A stretch of DNA of 64,000 nucleotides, taken from Gemmatimonas sp. (GTDB taxonomy: Bacteria; Gemmatimonadota; Gemmatimonadetes; Gemmatimonadales; Gemmatimonadaceae). The notes under the pieces are model-generated. The model was given only the letters and a program-made list of their open reading frames with translations. It had not been told where the DNA came from and made no database searches. Positions 34,209 to 43,816 of the stretch are shown here, piece by piece. A program made the position numbers and the translations under genes. The stretch lies in assembly GCA_031414535.1 (NCBI GenBank), contig JANNVQ010000057.1, positions 32,001 through 96,000 of the forward strand, given 5' to 3'. How positions within the stretch are numbered: position 1 is the stretch's first letter; every line of letters begins with the position of its first letter.

Positions 34209-37200
34209 GCGGCTGGCTGCTCCGCGTCCATCATGTCGTCATCATCCGCCACCGGCGTAGGACGCGGCGTCGGCAGATCGGTGCTCGGCACAATCGGCTG
34301 CTGACCCGCCGCACGCACCTGACGGTTGAAGCGCTCAAGGTCTTCGCGCAGCACCTTGTCCAAGCGGTCGGTCTGCACCTTCAGCATCGCCGAGACTTCG
34401 TTGTAGACGGTAATGGTCTGGTCGGTGGGCTTGAATGGGCCAGCGCCGGCGACGCCAGCCAGTGCCGCAATCTTGTTGTTGATGCGAATCGGATAGTTAA
34501 GCGGATCCTGTCCGCTCTGATTGCGCACCTGATAGACCTCTTGTTCAACGGCCGCGAGCTGCGCAAGCAGCGCATCGGCATTGCGGCGCAGGCGCGGCGC
34601 GGCGTTCACGCGCTCTTCGATCTGCGCGCGCACGTTGCGAATGGTGCGGACGGCATTGTTCGCTTCGCTGGTCTTGTCGCGGACCTGGATAAGGAAGTCG
34701 AACTGCGCCTGTAGGTCAGCCGCAGTCGCATCCGAGCGCGGATCGTTGAGCAGGTTGAAGCGCGCGGTCTGCGGCGCTTCGGTGCCAACCGTGACGCGCA
34801 CGGAGTACGCGCCAGCCGGAGCGACTGGGCCTGTGGTGCTGCCCGCCCACATGATCATGCCGGGGAAGGTGACGGCATCCGGGTAGCGGAGATTCCAGTT
34901 GAAGCTGTTGAGCCCGCGAGCATTGCCCGGGCGCGCAGCTGCTCCACCGCCACCGCCGAAACCACCGCCGCCCTGTCCGCCACCCGCTCCGGGCGTGGGC
35001 GCCGGCACTGGCTTGCCATCGTTCTCATACGTCTTGATGACGCTGCCATTCGGCGCGAGGAATTCAATCTTCACCGGCTGGCTATCGCTCGTGATGTGGT
35101 AATAGACCATCACGCCGCTGGCCGGATTCGTGCCCGGACGGCTCGCCGCCGCAGCCTGCGCACCACCACCGCCACCGAATCCACCGCCGCCCCACTGAAT
35201 GCGGTAGGCATCACGCGGCTGGAAGAGGTGCACGGGCTTCCGCGTGATTTCTGGTGTGACTTCACGCAGCGCGGAGAGATCATCGAGAATCCAGAAGGAA
35301 CGCCCGTGCGTGCCCGCGACGAGATCGCCTTCCTTCACGACGAGATCGTGCACCGGCACCGGCGGCAGGTTGCGCTGCAGCGACTGCCAGTTGGCACCGT
35401 CGTTGAAGCTCACCCAGGCGCCGCGCTCCGTGCCGGCGTACAGCAGGCCACGACGTGCTGGATCGTGACGAATCACGCGCACAAACTCTTCGGCCGGAAT
35501 TCCAGCGACGATTTTGGTCCAGGTCGCGCCGTAGTCCGTCGTGCGCCACATCAGCGGTGCAAAGTCATCCTGCTGAAAACGGTTACCCGCCACGTAGGCC
35601 GTGCCTTCATCGAACGACGAAGCATCAATGATGCTCACGCGCGTGAAGTCGCCGATGTCACGCGGCGTGATGTTTGTCCAGTTGTTTCCACCGTTGCGCG
35701 TGATCCAGATATAGCCGTCGTCGGTGCCAGCCCAAAGAACCTGCGCGTTCTTCGGCGACTCGCTCAGCGTGAAAATCGTGCCGTAGGTCTCGACGCCCGT
35801 CTGGTCCTTGGTGATGGGACCTCCTGATGCGCCCATCGTGCGTGGATCGCGACGCGCGAGCTCCGGCGAGATCATCGAGAAGCTCTGCCCTTCGTTGGTG
35901 CTCTTGAAGAGGCGGCTTCCGCCCACGTAGAGCACCTTCGAGTCATGCTGTGACACGACGATTGGGAAGGTCCACTGGAAGCGGTAGAGAATGTCCTCGG
36001 AGCTATGCCCCATCGGATTCAACGGGTACGCATTGATGTTGCGCTCAAGGCCCGTGCGCATGTCCTTGCGCGTCAGGTAGCCTGAGTACGAACCCGCGTA
36101 GATGATGTCCGGATTTGATGGGTTCGCGGTGACGTAACCAGACTCACCACCGCCTGCGTCTTTCCAGTCGGCGATGCTGATATTGCCTTCGCTACGGCTC
36201 GGCCCGCAGAGCGTCGAGTTGTCCTGCTGCGCACCGCAGACCCAGTACGGGAAGTGATTCGTCGTCGAGACGTGATACATCTGTGCCGTAGCAAACTCCT
36301 GATCCGTCCAGGTGCGGCCGCCCGTGTAGCTCACGTTCGCGCCACCGTCGTTGGCCTGCACCATGCGCTGTGGATCGTTCGGCGCAATCCACATATCGTG
36401 GTTATCGCCGTGCGGCACTTGAATCTGCTGGCGGAACGTGCGCCCTCCGTCCGTGCTGCGGAAGAACTGCACGTTCAACCCGTAGATGACATTCGTGTCC
36501 TTGGGGTCCGCGTAAATCTTGCTGTAGTACCAGGCGCGCTGTCGCAGGTTGCGATCTTGATTGATCCATTCCCAACTCTGGCCGGCATCGTCAGAGCGAT
36601 ACACGCCGCCCGAGTCATGCTCGATGATGGCCCAGACGCGCCGCGAGTTCGCCGGCGACACTGCAAGACCCACCTTGCCCCAGATGCCGCGCGGTAGACC
36701 GCGATTGGCGGTGAGTTCGGTCCAGGTTGCACCACCGTCGGTGGTCTTCATGATGCCGCCGCCAGCGCCGCCGGAGTTCAGCATCCAGGGCCGGCGATAC
36801 GCATACCAGAACGAAGCGTAGAGCGTGTTGGGGTCGTTCGGATCCATGATCAGATCGCTGATGCCCGTAGAATCATTGCGGTACAGAATGCGGTTCCACG
36901 TGGTTCCGCCGTCCATGCTCTTGTAGACGCCGCGCTCGGGGTTTGGCCCAAAGGCATGACCCAGTGCGCCTACGTACACGATGTCCGGGTTGGTGGGATG
37001 CACACGCACGCGTGAGATGTGCCGCGTCGCGCGAAGGCCCATGTCCTTCCATGTGCGGCCGCCGTCCGTGGTCTTCCAGAGACCGTCACCGTGAGAGGTG
37101 TTGCCGCGAATGTCCGTCTCACCGCCACCCACATACACGATGTCCGGATTGGACTCCGAGACGGCCACCGCTCCAATCGTGCCGCCGAAGGCGTTATCCG

Positions 37201-37465
37201 AACTCGGCTGCCAGTTCATGCCACCATCGGTCGTCTTCCAGACGCCGTTGCCTGTGGTGCCCATCCAGTACTCCAGGGGCCGCGATGTGCTCCCGGCCAC
37301 CGCAACGGAACGGCCGCCGCGAGCGGGGCCAAGTTCGCGCCATCGCAGCGCGCGGAAGGCGGAGGTGTCCATTCCCTGCGCGGCCAGCGCGTCGGGAAGC
37401 GAGATGAGCAATGCTCCAACGAGCGCGAGCAGGCGGATCAACGACGAGCGAACGGGCACGAGCAC
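34205..37465 (-). CDS. Secreted VPS10/BNR-repeat glycosyl hydrolase-like protein
   Basis: Signal peptide, WRELGPARGGRS and many (K/R)(S/T)xDGGxTW Asp-box repeats. Confidence 0.9.
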   Translation of the reverse strand: MLVPVRSSLIRLLALVGALLISLPDALAAQGMDTSAFRALRWRELGPARGGRSVAVAGSTSRPLEYWMGTTGNGVWKTTDGGMNWQPSSDNAFGGTIGAVAVSESNPDIVYVGGGETDIRGNTSHGDGLWKTTDGGRTWKDMGLRATRHISRVRVHPTNPDIVYVGALGHAFGPNPERGVYKSMDGGTTWNRILYRNDSTGISDLIMDPNDPNTLYASFWYAYRRPWMLNSGGAGGGIMKTTDGGATWTELTANRGLPRGIWGKVGLAVSPANSRRVWAIIEHDSGGVYRSDDAGQSWEWINQDRNLRQRAWYYSKIYADPKDTNVIYGLNVQFFRSTDGGRTFRQQIQVPHGDNHDMWIAPNDPQRMVQANDGGANVSYTGGRTWTDQEFATAQMYHVSTTNHFPYWVCGAQQDNSTLCGPSRSEGNISIADWKDAGGGESGYVTANPSNPDIIYAGSYSGYLTRKDMRTGLERNINAYPLNPMGHSSEDILYRFQWTFPIVVSQHDSKVLYVGGSRLFKSTNEGQSFSMISPELARRDPRTMGASGGPITKDQTGVETYGTIFTLSESPKNAQVLWAGTDDGYIWITRNGGNNWTNITPRDIGDFTRVSIIDASSFDEGTAYVAGNRFQQDDFAPLMWRTTDYGATWTKIVAGIPAEEFVRVIRHDPARRGLLYAGTERGAWVSFNDGANWQSLQRNLPPVPVHDLVVKEGDLVAGTHGRSFWILDDLSALREVTPEITRKPVHLFQPRDAYRIQWGGGGFGGGGGAQAAAASRPGTNPASGVMVYYHITSDSQPVKIEFLAPNGSVIKTYENDGKPVPAPTPGAGGGQGGGGFGGGGGAAARPGNARGLNSFNWNLRYPDAVTFPGMIMWAGSTTGPVAPAGAYSVRVTVGTEAPQTARFNLLNDPRSDATAADLQAQFDFLIQVRDKTSEANNAVRTIRNVRAQIEERVNAAPRLRRNADALLAQLAAVEQEVYQVRNQSGQDPLNYPIRINNKIAALAGVAGAGPFKPTDQTITVYNEVSAMLKVQTDRLDKVLREDLERFNRQVRAAGQQPIVPSTDLPTPRPTPVADDDDMMDAEQPAA

Positions 37466-37561
37466 GACCTCCGACGGGGTGGGGACCTCTTTGGCAGCCT
37501 TCGTGGTTCATTGAGGCGAACGTCGTACATTTCTCGCTGAACCTTCACTGGACCACCACTA

Positions 37562-38494
37562 ATGATGCACCTGAATTCCGTTACGCGGGCGGGCCTCGCG
37601 GCGTTTGCCGCCCTGACCCTCGCCGCCTGCGGCGGTGAGAAGGCCGCCGTCGCTGAGTCCGCCGTCCCGGTAGCCGTCGTCAGCGAAGGGCTCGCCACGC
37701 CTGAGTCCGTCCTATGGGATGCCACCCGCAATGTCTGGTACGTGAGCAACATCAACGGCTCCCCGCTCGGCAAGGACGACAACGGCTACATCCTCCGCCT
37801 CTCCGCCGATGGCGCCAAGGTGGACACCGTGCCGTTCATCAACGGCGCGGACGCTGACATCACGCTCAACGCCCCCAAGGGCATGGCCCTCGTCGGCGAC
37901 ACGCTTTGGGTGGCCGACATTGATGCCGTGCGCGCCTTCGATGTGAACACCGGCAACACGGTGACCACGCTTGAGCTCGGCGCTCAGGGTGCCACCTTCT
38001 TGAACGACGTCGCCGCCGCGGGCGATGGCACCATCTACATCACGGATTCCGGCATCTCGTTTGGCGCCGACGGCGCCGTGCAGCATCCGGGCAAGAGCCG
38101 CGTGTTCGCCATCACCGGCCGCAACGCTCGCGAGGCGGTGGTGCTGCCCGCCGAGAGCGCCGCGAACGGCATCGCGTTTGATGCCGCCAACAATCGCTGG
38201 CTCATCGTTGGCTTTAACTCGCCCAACGTCTTCGCCTGGACTGGCGGCGCGGATTCCGTCACCGTGCTCGGCACCGGCCCCGGCGGCGGCGATGGCGTCG
38301 TGATCTTGAACGACGGCCGCGCGCTGTACTCCAGCTGGGCCGATTCGTCGTTGACCGTGTTTGCGAATGGCACGTCCACCAAGCTGCGCGGTGGATTGCC
38401 GTCGCCCGCTGATTTGGGCTATGACGCGCGCCGCAACCTCGTGGCGGTGCCACTCTTCGCGGACAACCGCGTTGAAATCTGGGAAGTGAAGTAA
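37562..38494 (+). CDS. SMP-30/gluconolactonase-like beta-propeller lipoprotein
   Basis: Lipobox LAAC and the motifs TPESV, LNAPKGM, FLNDV, ANGI and PADLG. Confidence 0.8.
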   Translation: MMHLNSVTRAGLAAFAALTLAACGGEKAAVAESAVPVAVVSEGLATPESVLWDATRNVWYVSNINGSPLGKDDNGYILRLSADGAKVDTVPFINGADADITLNAPKGMALVGDTLWVADIDAVRAFDVNTGNTVTTLELGAQGATFLNDVAAAGDGTIYITDSGISFGADGAVQHPGKSRVFAITGRNAREAVVLPAESAANGIAFDAANNRWLIVGFNSPNVFAWTGGADSVTVLGTGPGGGDGVVILNDGRALYSSWADSSLTVFANGTSTKLRGGLPSPADLGYDARRNLVAVPLFADNRVEIWEVK

Positions 38495-38496
38495 AG

Positions 38497-38919
38497 TTGT
38501 TGCGTCACCGACCGTTCACTGCGGACTGGGCCGAGGCCTTCCGCACCGCTATCGAGGCTGATGCGTCGTATCGTGATGCAGCCGCCAAGTGGACTTGGCC
38601 GGTGGCGCTGGTGATGCACGCCGCGCCGGAGTTCGGATATCCGGACTCCGTCGCGGTGGAGCTCACGCTGGATCGGGGTCGTTGTCACGCCGCCGAGGTT
38701 CGCTCCGCGGACGCCGTGAGCGCGACCATTGCGCTTACCGCACCCTACCATATCTGGAAGTCCGTCGTACAGGGCGAGCTTGATCCACTGGTCGGCGTGA
38801 CGCGCGGCAAGATTGCGGTCAAGGGTTCGCTCGCCACATTAATGATGCACGCCAAGGCCGCTACCGCTTTGGTCGCTTGTGCCCGAGCAGTGCCGACAGA
38901 ATTCCCTGACGAGGGTTAA
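38497..38919 (+). CDS. SCP2 sterol-carrier domain protein
   Basis: PFTADWAEAF and WKSVVQGELDPLVGVTRGKIAVKG, typical of SCP2 domains. Confidence 0.78.
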   Translation: MLRHRPFTADWAEAFRTAIEADASYRDAAAKWTWPVALVMHAAPEFGYPDSVAVELTLDRGRCHAAEVRSADAVSATIALTAPYHIWKSVVQGELDPLVGVTRGKIAVKGSLATLMMHAKAATALVACARAVPTEFPDEG

Positions 38920-38922
38920 GCC

Positions 38923-39795
38923 ATGCCGATGACCGCGCGCGAATCTGATTCTGCCTACTTCCGCCTGTACTCCAAGGCCAAGCAGCTGCACTGGGATCCA
39001 GCGGACATCGATCTCTCGGCGGACCGCGAGCAATGGCTGCGCATTCAGCGTGATTATCCCGAGGAGCGCTACGCCGAGCAGATTCTGCGGCTCACTTCGC
39101 TGTTTTATGAGGGCGAGGAGTCCGTCACCAAGACGCTGAGTCCGTTTTGCTCCGCGGTTTCGCGCGCTGGACTCGGGATTGATAAGGAGCTGTTCCTCAC
39201 CACGCAGCTGTACGAAGAAGCCAAGCACTTCGATTTTTTTGCTCGCTACTTTGCGGAAGTGTTTGAGATCGACGGTAGCACCACCGCGCAGTATATGACG
39301 GCCGCGCCGCGGGCTGTTCTTGTATCCAATCTCGAGGAAGTCACCGAGCGCCTGCGTCGCGAAGAGGATCCTGCGCGACTCAAGGCGACCTTCGTAGAAG
39401 CGGTGACGCACTACATGGGCGTGGTCGAAGCGATGCTCGCGCGCACGGGCTATGTGGGCGCACACGATGCGATTGCCACTCGCGGGTGGTTGCCTGGCTT
39501 GCAGGAAGGCTTCCGTCTCATCAAGCGCGATGAAGGACGGCACGTGGCGTTCGGCATGCGTTGCATCGCCGAGCTCACGACGGAGCATCCCGAGTACCGC
39601 AGCATCGTGCAGGATGTGTTCGAGCGGCATCTGCCCAATGTGCTCGCTACCGTGCAGGAGTTCGACTATCCGCAGCCGCTAGTGGATCTGGACAAGCTCA
39701 CGGCGTACGCGCTCGCGCAGTATGAACGCTTTGGGGCGGCCGCGGGGCTCGGAGAGGGCGCGGTAGATATCAATGCGCTCGCTGACGAAGGATGA
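38923..39795 (+). CDS. R2-like ligand-binding oxidase (ferritin-like Mn/Fe protein)
   Basis: WDPADIDLSADREQW, GEESVT, EEAKH, VVEAMLA and DEGRH dimetal-carboxylate motifs. Confidence 0.85.
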   Translation: MPMTARESDSAYFRLYSKAKQLHWDPADIDLSADREQWLRIQRDYPEERYAEQILRLTSLFYEGEESVTKTLSPFCSAVSRAGLGIDKELFLTTQLYEEAKHFDFFARYFAEVFEIDGSTTAQYMTAAPRAVLVSNLEEVTERLRREEDPARLKATFVEAVTHYMGVVEAMLARTGYVGAHDAIATRGWLPGLQEGFRLIKRDEGRHVAFGMRCIAELTTEHPEYRSIVQDVFERHLPNVLATVQEFDYPQPLVDLDKLTAYALAQYERFGAAAGLGEGAVDINALADEG

Positions 39796-39816
39796 ACGTG
39801 GGCCCAGTTCATCCCA

Positions 39817-40263
39817 TCAGGCCTCACCCAGTGACTCCAAATCAGCGAGATCTCGCGTTCGACCACTCGCGCGCTTGTTCCGAATGAACGCGTCGCGTCC
39901 GATGAAGGGAGCCGCTACGTCCCCAAAAAACGCCTCGACGCGAGTGGACCACGCATCTGCAAACGCGACGCCGCTTATTCCCGTCAAGAAATCAATGCGA
40001 TAAGGCGGTAGACCGAACTGCGCGACGATGTCTGGCTGCATTAAGTCCGCAGGCGTGATACCGAGGGCGTCCATAGGTGCGCCGAACGCCACCAAGGCCT
40101 CCCAGACTCGCGCGACGTTCTCCGCCGCGGGATCAATCCACACATCAAGGTCCGCCGTCGCGCGTGGCACGCCGTGGATACTGAGCGCGTGTGCGCCGAT
40201 GATGAGGAACCGGGCGCGCGCGCGCACGAGCTCGGCCACGATGTCTCGAAAGTCAGGATGCAC
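39817..40263 (-). CDS. Nucleotidyltransferase-fold protein (putative TA-like component)
   Basis: IGAHALSIHGVPRATADLD Pol-beta-like motif and a C-terminal NKRASGRTRDLADLE. Confidence 0.75.
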   Translation of the reverse strand: MHPDFRDIVAELVRARARFLIIGAHALSIHGVPRATADLDVWIDPAAENVARVWEALVAFGAPMDALGITPADLMQPDIVAQFGLPPYRIDFLTGISGVAFADAWSTRVEAFFGDVAAPFIGRDAFIRNKRASGRTRDLADLESLGEA

Positions 40264-40267
40264 CGGG

Positions 40268-40480
40268 CTACGACCGCGGCTCGTGCAGTCGTCGAAGAAC
40301 CACGCGCAGTGTCGCCCGGGAAGCCACTGGCAGGCGGCGTCCCGTCAGCCGCCAGGCGTCGTCGCTCAATGCCTGCAGCACGAGCAAGCGCTCCTCGGCG
40401 GCGGCCGACGGAGGGGCCGAGGCCTCACGGCTCTGCAGCGAGACCACGCGGACCGTCATCGCACCACGATTGGTACGCAT
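40268..40480 (-). CDS. Small hypothetical partner of the nucleotidyltransferase
   Basis: 70-aa ORF ending 4 nt before the NTase start. Start chosen at MRTNRG and is uncertain. Confidence 0.55.
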   Translation of the reverse strand: MRTNRGAMTVRVVSLQSREASAPPSAAAEERLLVLQALSDDAWRLTGRRLPVASRATLRVVLRRLHEPRS

Positions 40481-40716
40481 GGTGGGAAATCTAATGCTTC
40501 TGGACGCGGCGCAACCTTGATGGCGCACTCCGTCTTCCCGCCAAGTGCCACCTCCGCCTGCGGAAAGAGCACCTTTGGATGATGCCCACGCCAGCAACGG
40601 CACCAGAGGCGCCGAACTTAGGCGACGGTGGCGAACGCCGTGGTTTCACTCCAGCCTCTCAGGAAATGGAGTCTGCGGTAATCCCCGGGCCGATTCAAAG
40701 TTGGGCGTTCGCGGAC

Positions 40717-40959
40717 CTACGTCGCGGACACCAAGTCAATGAGTTCCTCAACTTCGAGCCCCAATCCGTTTGGCTCATCGGTAGGGTCCAATCCCCGCTC
40801 AATGAGTTCAGCGCTCAAGAGATCCAGCAGAAGCTCACGACCCTCAGCTAAGAGTCCTCCGCTCGCAATTGCATCCACATGAACGACTGCGTCAGCGTTG
40901 CGCCGCTGAATGATCTCTGCTAAGCGGCGAAGTTGCTGTGGGGTAGCACGTATACTCAT
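40717..40959 (-). CDS. Putative immunity protein for cassette L3
   Basis: ATGA overlap with the toxin-tip stop. Small acidic protein (GLDPTDEPNGLGLEVEELID). Confidence 0.72.
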   Translation of the reverse strand: MSIRATPQQLRRLAEIIQRRNADAVVHVDAIASGGLLAEGRELLLDLLSAELIERGLDPTDEPNGLGLEVEELIDLVSAT

Positions 40960-41495
40960 GGCACGATTCTCCACGCGCCGCGGCTCAGCGCCATTGTGGT
41001 GACGACTTCGCCGTCTGTGTTCAGCACCACTCGCGCGTTTCGGCCGACATAGAGCACTTTTCCGCCCTCTTGATGAAGAACTCTTAGGGGATTGGCGACC
41101 GCGTCTCGCATCGCCGCCTGCGTGACTCCGACACCTTCGCGTGATATTGCCTGATTCAGTCCGTGCCGGGTGAATCCCGGGATTTTGCCGCCGATTGGGA
41201 CGTTGAAGACGGCCTTGCTGGCACCCGGGAACTGATCTTCATTGAGTGCCTCAAAGAGCGAGGCGAACGCTCCGAGTGTCTTATTGACCGCACTCGAACC
41301 TCTGCCGGATGCGTTGCGATGCGCCCACCACCCGGATGAACCACGCGGGCAGTCGGACACCGCTTCGGTCTTTCCGTCACCGCCCGCAGACTTTGGGCAC
41401 AGCCCAAACGGATCCGAGAAGTTGACCGGGTCCCCGCCCGCGAAGCCATACGCATTCAGCCCACCCGCCAGCCCGATTGGGTCAAGGTGCGTGGA
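40956..41495 (-). other. Orphan Rhs toxin tip L3 (putative RNase, colicin E5/DUF4258-like)
   Basis: Frame STHLDPIG...DPFGL then CPKSAGG...GFTRHGLNQAISREG...VVLNTDGEVVT. In-frame TGA five codons upstream and no proper start. Confidence 0.78.
41400..41495 (-). repeat. Rhs junction repeat, copy 1
   Basis: Reverse complement reads TCCACGCACCTTGACCCAATCGGGCTGGCGGGTGGGCTGAATGCG...GATCCGTTTGGGCTG. Confidence 0.95.
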
Positions 41496-41555
41496 CTGTC
41501 CAGTAAATCAATCGTACGTTCAGGTCGCGGTGCACCGCAACCGTGCCTCGGCGCG

Positions 41556-41960
41556 CTACGGCGCGATGACCTTCACCGTCGGGAAGTAGGTCCGATAGCG
41601 CGCCGCATCTCGCGTCAGCAGCGCGTGGCCGCGGATCGCGGCGTGGGCTCCCACAAAGAAGTCCGGAAGTGGCGATCGCCTGGCTCCACCCGATCGCCGA
41701 TATCGCTGGAAGCATTTCCCCGCGAGGAATCCAGCATCCCAGGGGAGCGCGTCGCGTCGGAAGAACGTCGGCGGCAGTGCCGCCTCAAGATCCTCAATCC
41801 GTGCGAAGCCGACCGAGACCTCGGCATAGATGATCGGATTGATGATTAGGGCCTCCGATTCGGCGGCACGCGCGAGGGCGTCGGCCGACCACCGGAGCCA
41901 CGTCGGGTCCTCGGTTAGCACGTCCAGCAGCACGTTGCTGTCCACCAGGACGCCCGGCAT
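41556..41960 (-). CDS. vapC: VapC-like PIN domain toxin
   Basis: VLVDSNVLLD, IIYAEV, LPDFFVGAHA and LLTRD PIN motifs. Confidence 0.9.
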   Translation of the reverse strand: MPGVLVDSNVLLDVLTEDPTWLRWSADALARAAESEALIINPIIYAEVSVGFARIEDLEAALPPTFFRRDALPWDAGFLAGKCFQRYRRSGGARRSPLPDFFVGAHAAIRGHALLTRDAARYRTYFPTVKVIAP

Positions 41961-41964
41961 GCGC

Positions 41965-42192
41965 CTACTCGCCGCGGGTCAGCGCGAGAATCTCGTCGGT
42001 ACTCATCGGCACCGTGCTGCGTCCCCGAAGGTGCGCGACCAGCTTGGCGCCGCGTCGCCGACTGCGCCGCAGCTTGCGCAGCACGGCCTGACCGTCCTCC
42101 ACGACGAACTCGACTTCAGTATTCGGCAACAAGCCGAGGCGTTCGCGCACTTCGACCGGGATGGTGACCTGGCCCTTCGTCGTGATTTTCAT
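41965..42192 (-). CDS. AbrB/MazE/SpoVT family antitoxin
   Basis: MKITTKGQVTIPVEVRERLGL motif, 4 nt upstream of the PIN gene. Confidence 0.92.
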   Translation of the reverse strand: MKITTKGQVTIPVEVRERLGLLPNTEVEFVVEDGQAVLRKLRRSRRRGAKLVAHLRGRSTVPMSTDEILALTRGE

Positions 42193-42213
42193 TCGAATCG
42201 CCCCCCATGAGAT

Positions 42214-42235
42214 GTATTACCATAAGATGTAATAC
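42214..42235. promoter_or_regulatory. Inverted-repeat operator of the AbrB-PIN TA operon
   Basis: GTATTAC-N8-GTAATAC perfect inverted repeat 21 nt upstream of the antitoxin ATG, in an AT-rich stretch. Confidence 0.65.
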
Positions 42236-42310
42236 TAGCCCGGTACATTTTCATTCACAAGGAGCGATAGAAGCGGGATGGATCCTGCAGGCGAGTTCCC
42301 GCGCTCTTGG

Positions 42311-42850
42311 CTAGCCCTCGAAGTTTCGAATGCGCCGAACAACCCAGGAGCTGTGCCGTGTGCGGCTCAAGTCGACGACGAAGAATCCCCCCATCGTCCT
42401 TGGCGCGTCGAAGTACACGATGGCTTCAAGCACGGCTGCGGACGTCATGCTGCTATCTCCGACGAGTGCCAAGGCAACTGAAAGTGTATCCGATGTCTCT
42501 CCACGGACCCGGAAGCCGGATGAGACGAACAGCTTCGCTGGCGATCGACTTGCTAGTCGAAAGCGAGATCCGATCGTGGCGATTGCCGACATCTTGTTTG
42601 CTTGGAACGGTGCCACCACAGGCGCGCGGCCGATGACGGAGTCGACAACGATCACTCTACAACCCATCTCCGCGCAAAGTGAGTCGAGAGGAGCCGCTCG
42701 GAATGCGGTCGCTGCCGCTGCAACTGCAGCGGCCTGGGGTGACAATGAGGTGCGATCGACTGTTGGTCCGATGCGACAGGATGCGGTGAGCAGCAAGGAG
42801 GCCGCGAGGAGTCGCAGCGCTCGGCGGTCAAGGGTTGCGAAGGCAGCCAT
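42311..42850 (-). CDS. Putative lipoprotein immunity protein for cassette L2
   Basis: MAAFATLDRRALRLLAASLLLTASC lipobox. The start overlaps the end of the toxin tip. Confidence 0.7.
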   Translation of the reverse strand: MAAFATLDRRALRLLAASLLLTASCRIGPTVDRTSLSPQAAAVAAAATAFRAAPLDSLCAEMGCRVIVVDSVIGRAPVVAPFQANKMSAIATIGSRFRLASRSPAKLFVSSGFRVRGETSDTLSVALALVGDSSMTSAAVLEAIVYFDAPRTMGGFFVVDLSRTRHSSWVVRRIRNFEG

Positions 42851-43334
42851 TCGGCACTCCTTGGAAAGGTTGTTCGCAGTGCGCGTACTTGCTGTTGCGT
42901 TCGACGATCCCACTCAGATGAGTAGCCTCGTGCCACGCAATTCCGCCAATCCCGCTCCGCCTCGTCTCGCGGTGTGATGGTCGGACGTGCGCAACGCCGC
43001 GAGCGCCTCCGAACCGCTTTCCAATCTCTCCCATCAAGCCGACGTCGTCGTCGCGATCGAACGACCAACCGCTTCCGTAGCAGAGCTGGCCGCAGCCCGC
43101 GTCGTCGCTGTCGAACAGCACGAACAGGTCGGGTGATTGCTCCAGCTTGCTAAACGTCGCATCTGCTTCGCTGTTCGACTTGCGTATTCGAGCAACCTCC
43201 TTTTGGAGGCGCTCGCCAACAATCTTTAGGTCAGCGGCGAGCCCGAACGGATCGTCGAAGTTGACCGGGTCCCCACCCGCGAAGCCATACGCATTCAACC
43301 CACCCGCCAGCCCGATCGGGTCAAGCTGCGTGGA
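42828..43334 (-). other. Orphan Rhs toxin tip L2 (putative HExxH zinc metallopeptidase)
   Basis: STQLDPIG...DDPFGL followed by a unique domain containing WHEATH. Confidence 0.78.
43239..43334 (-). repeat. Rhs junction repeat, copy 2
   Basis: Reverse complement TCCACGCAGCTTGACCCGATCGGGCTGGCGGGTGGGTTGAATGCG... Confidence 0.95.
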
Positions 43335-43387
43335 CGGACTCGGACCTCATTTCTCGCGCGCAGTCGAGGGACCGGCTGATCGCACGG

Positions 43388-43816
43388 TCAACCGATTGAA
43401 ATCACCAGCCCCTCGGGAATCGAGAGTCTTGCCGTGGTCCCGTCCCCGGCAACCATTACCCACTCAGGTCCCTCCGCACAACCCGCTGTCTCTAACACCG
43501 AATCGTCATCAAACTTCAACGCTAGCGCACCCACCAAATCGTCGGCCTCGACTTCGACTATCCGACGCCCGGTCAGTTTGGCGACTGCTGCACGTAGCTG
43601 GCCGGCTTTACCACCCAGCATCTCACTGGACGCCAAAATGCTCGCTCCGCGTCGCCATCGCCAGCAATCCTCAAGCACGATACGCCACGATGTATCAGAG
43701 GGAGACGAGGCGGCATCAAACACCACCCGCAGTGCAGACCCGATGGGATTCGAAGCGACTACGCATTGCAAACCTACGGCCTTCTGGAGCATGCGCGTGA
43801 CGGTAATGGACGTCAT
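43388..43816 (-). CDS. Putative immunity protein for cassette L1
   Basis: ATG directly follows the toxin-tip TAG. 142 aa, no signal peptide. Confidence 0.72.
   Translation of the reverse strand: MTSITVTRMLQKAVGLQCVVASNPIGSALRVVFDAASSPSDTSWRIVLEDCWRWRRGASILASSEMLGGKAGQLRAAVAKLTGRRIVEVEADDLVGALALKFDDDSVLETAGCAEGPEWVMVAGDGTTARLSIPEGLVISIG

Noticed and set aside
34935..35195. Repeated GGGGFGGGGG-coding segments
   Set aside because: Low-complexity linkers within the VPS10-like protein, not an independent DNA repeat.
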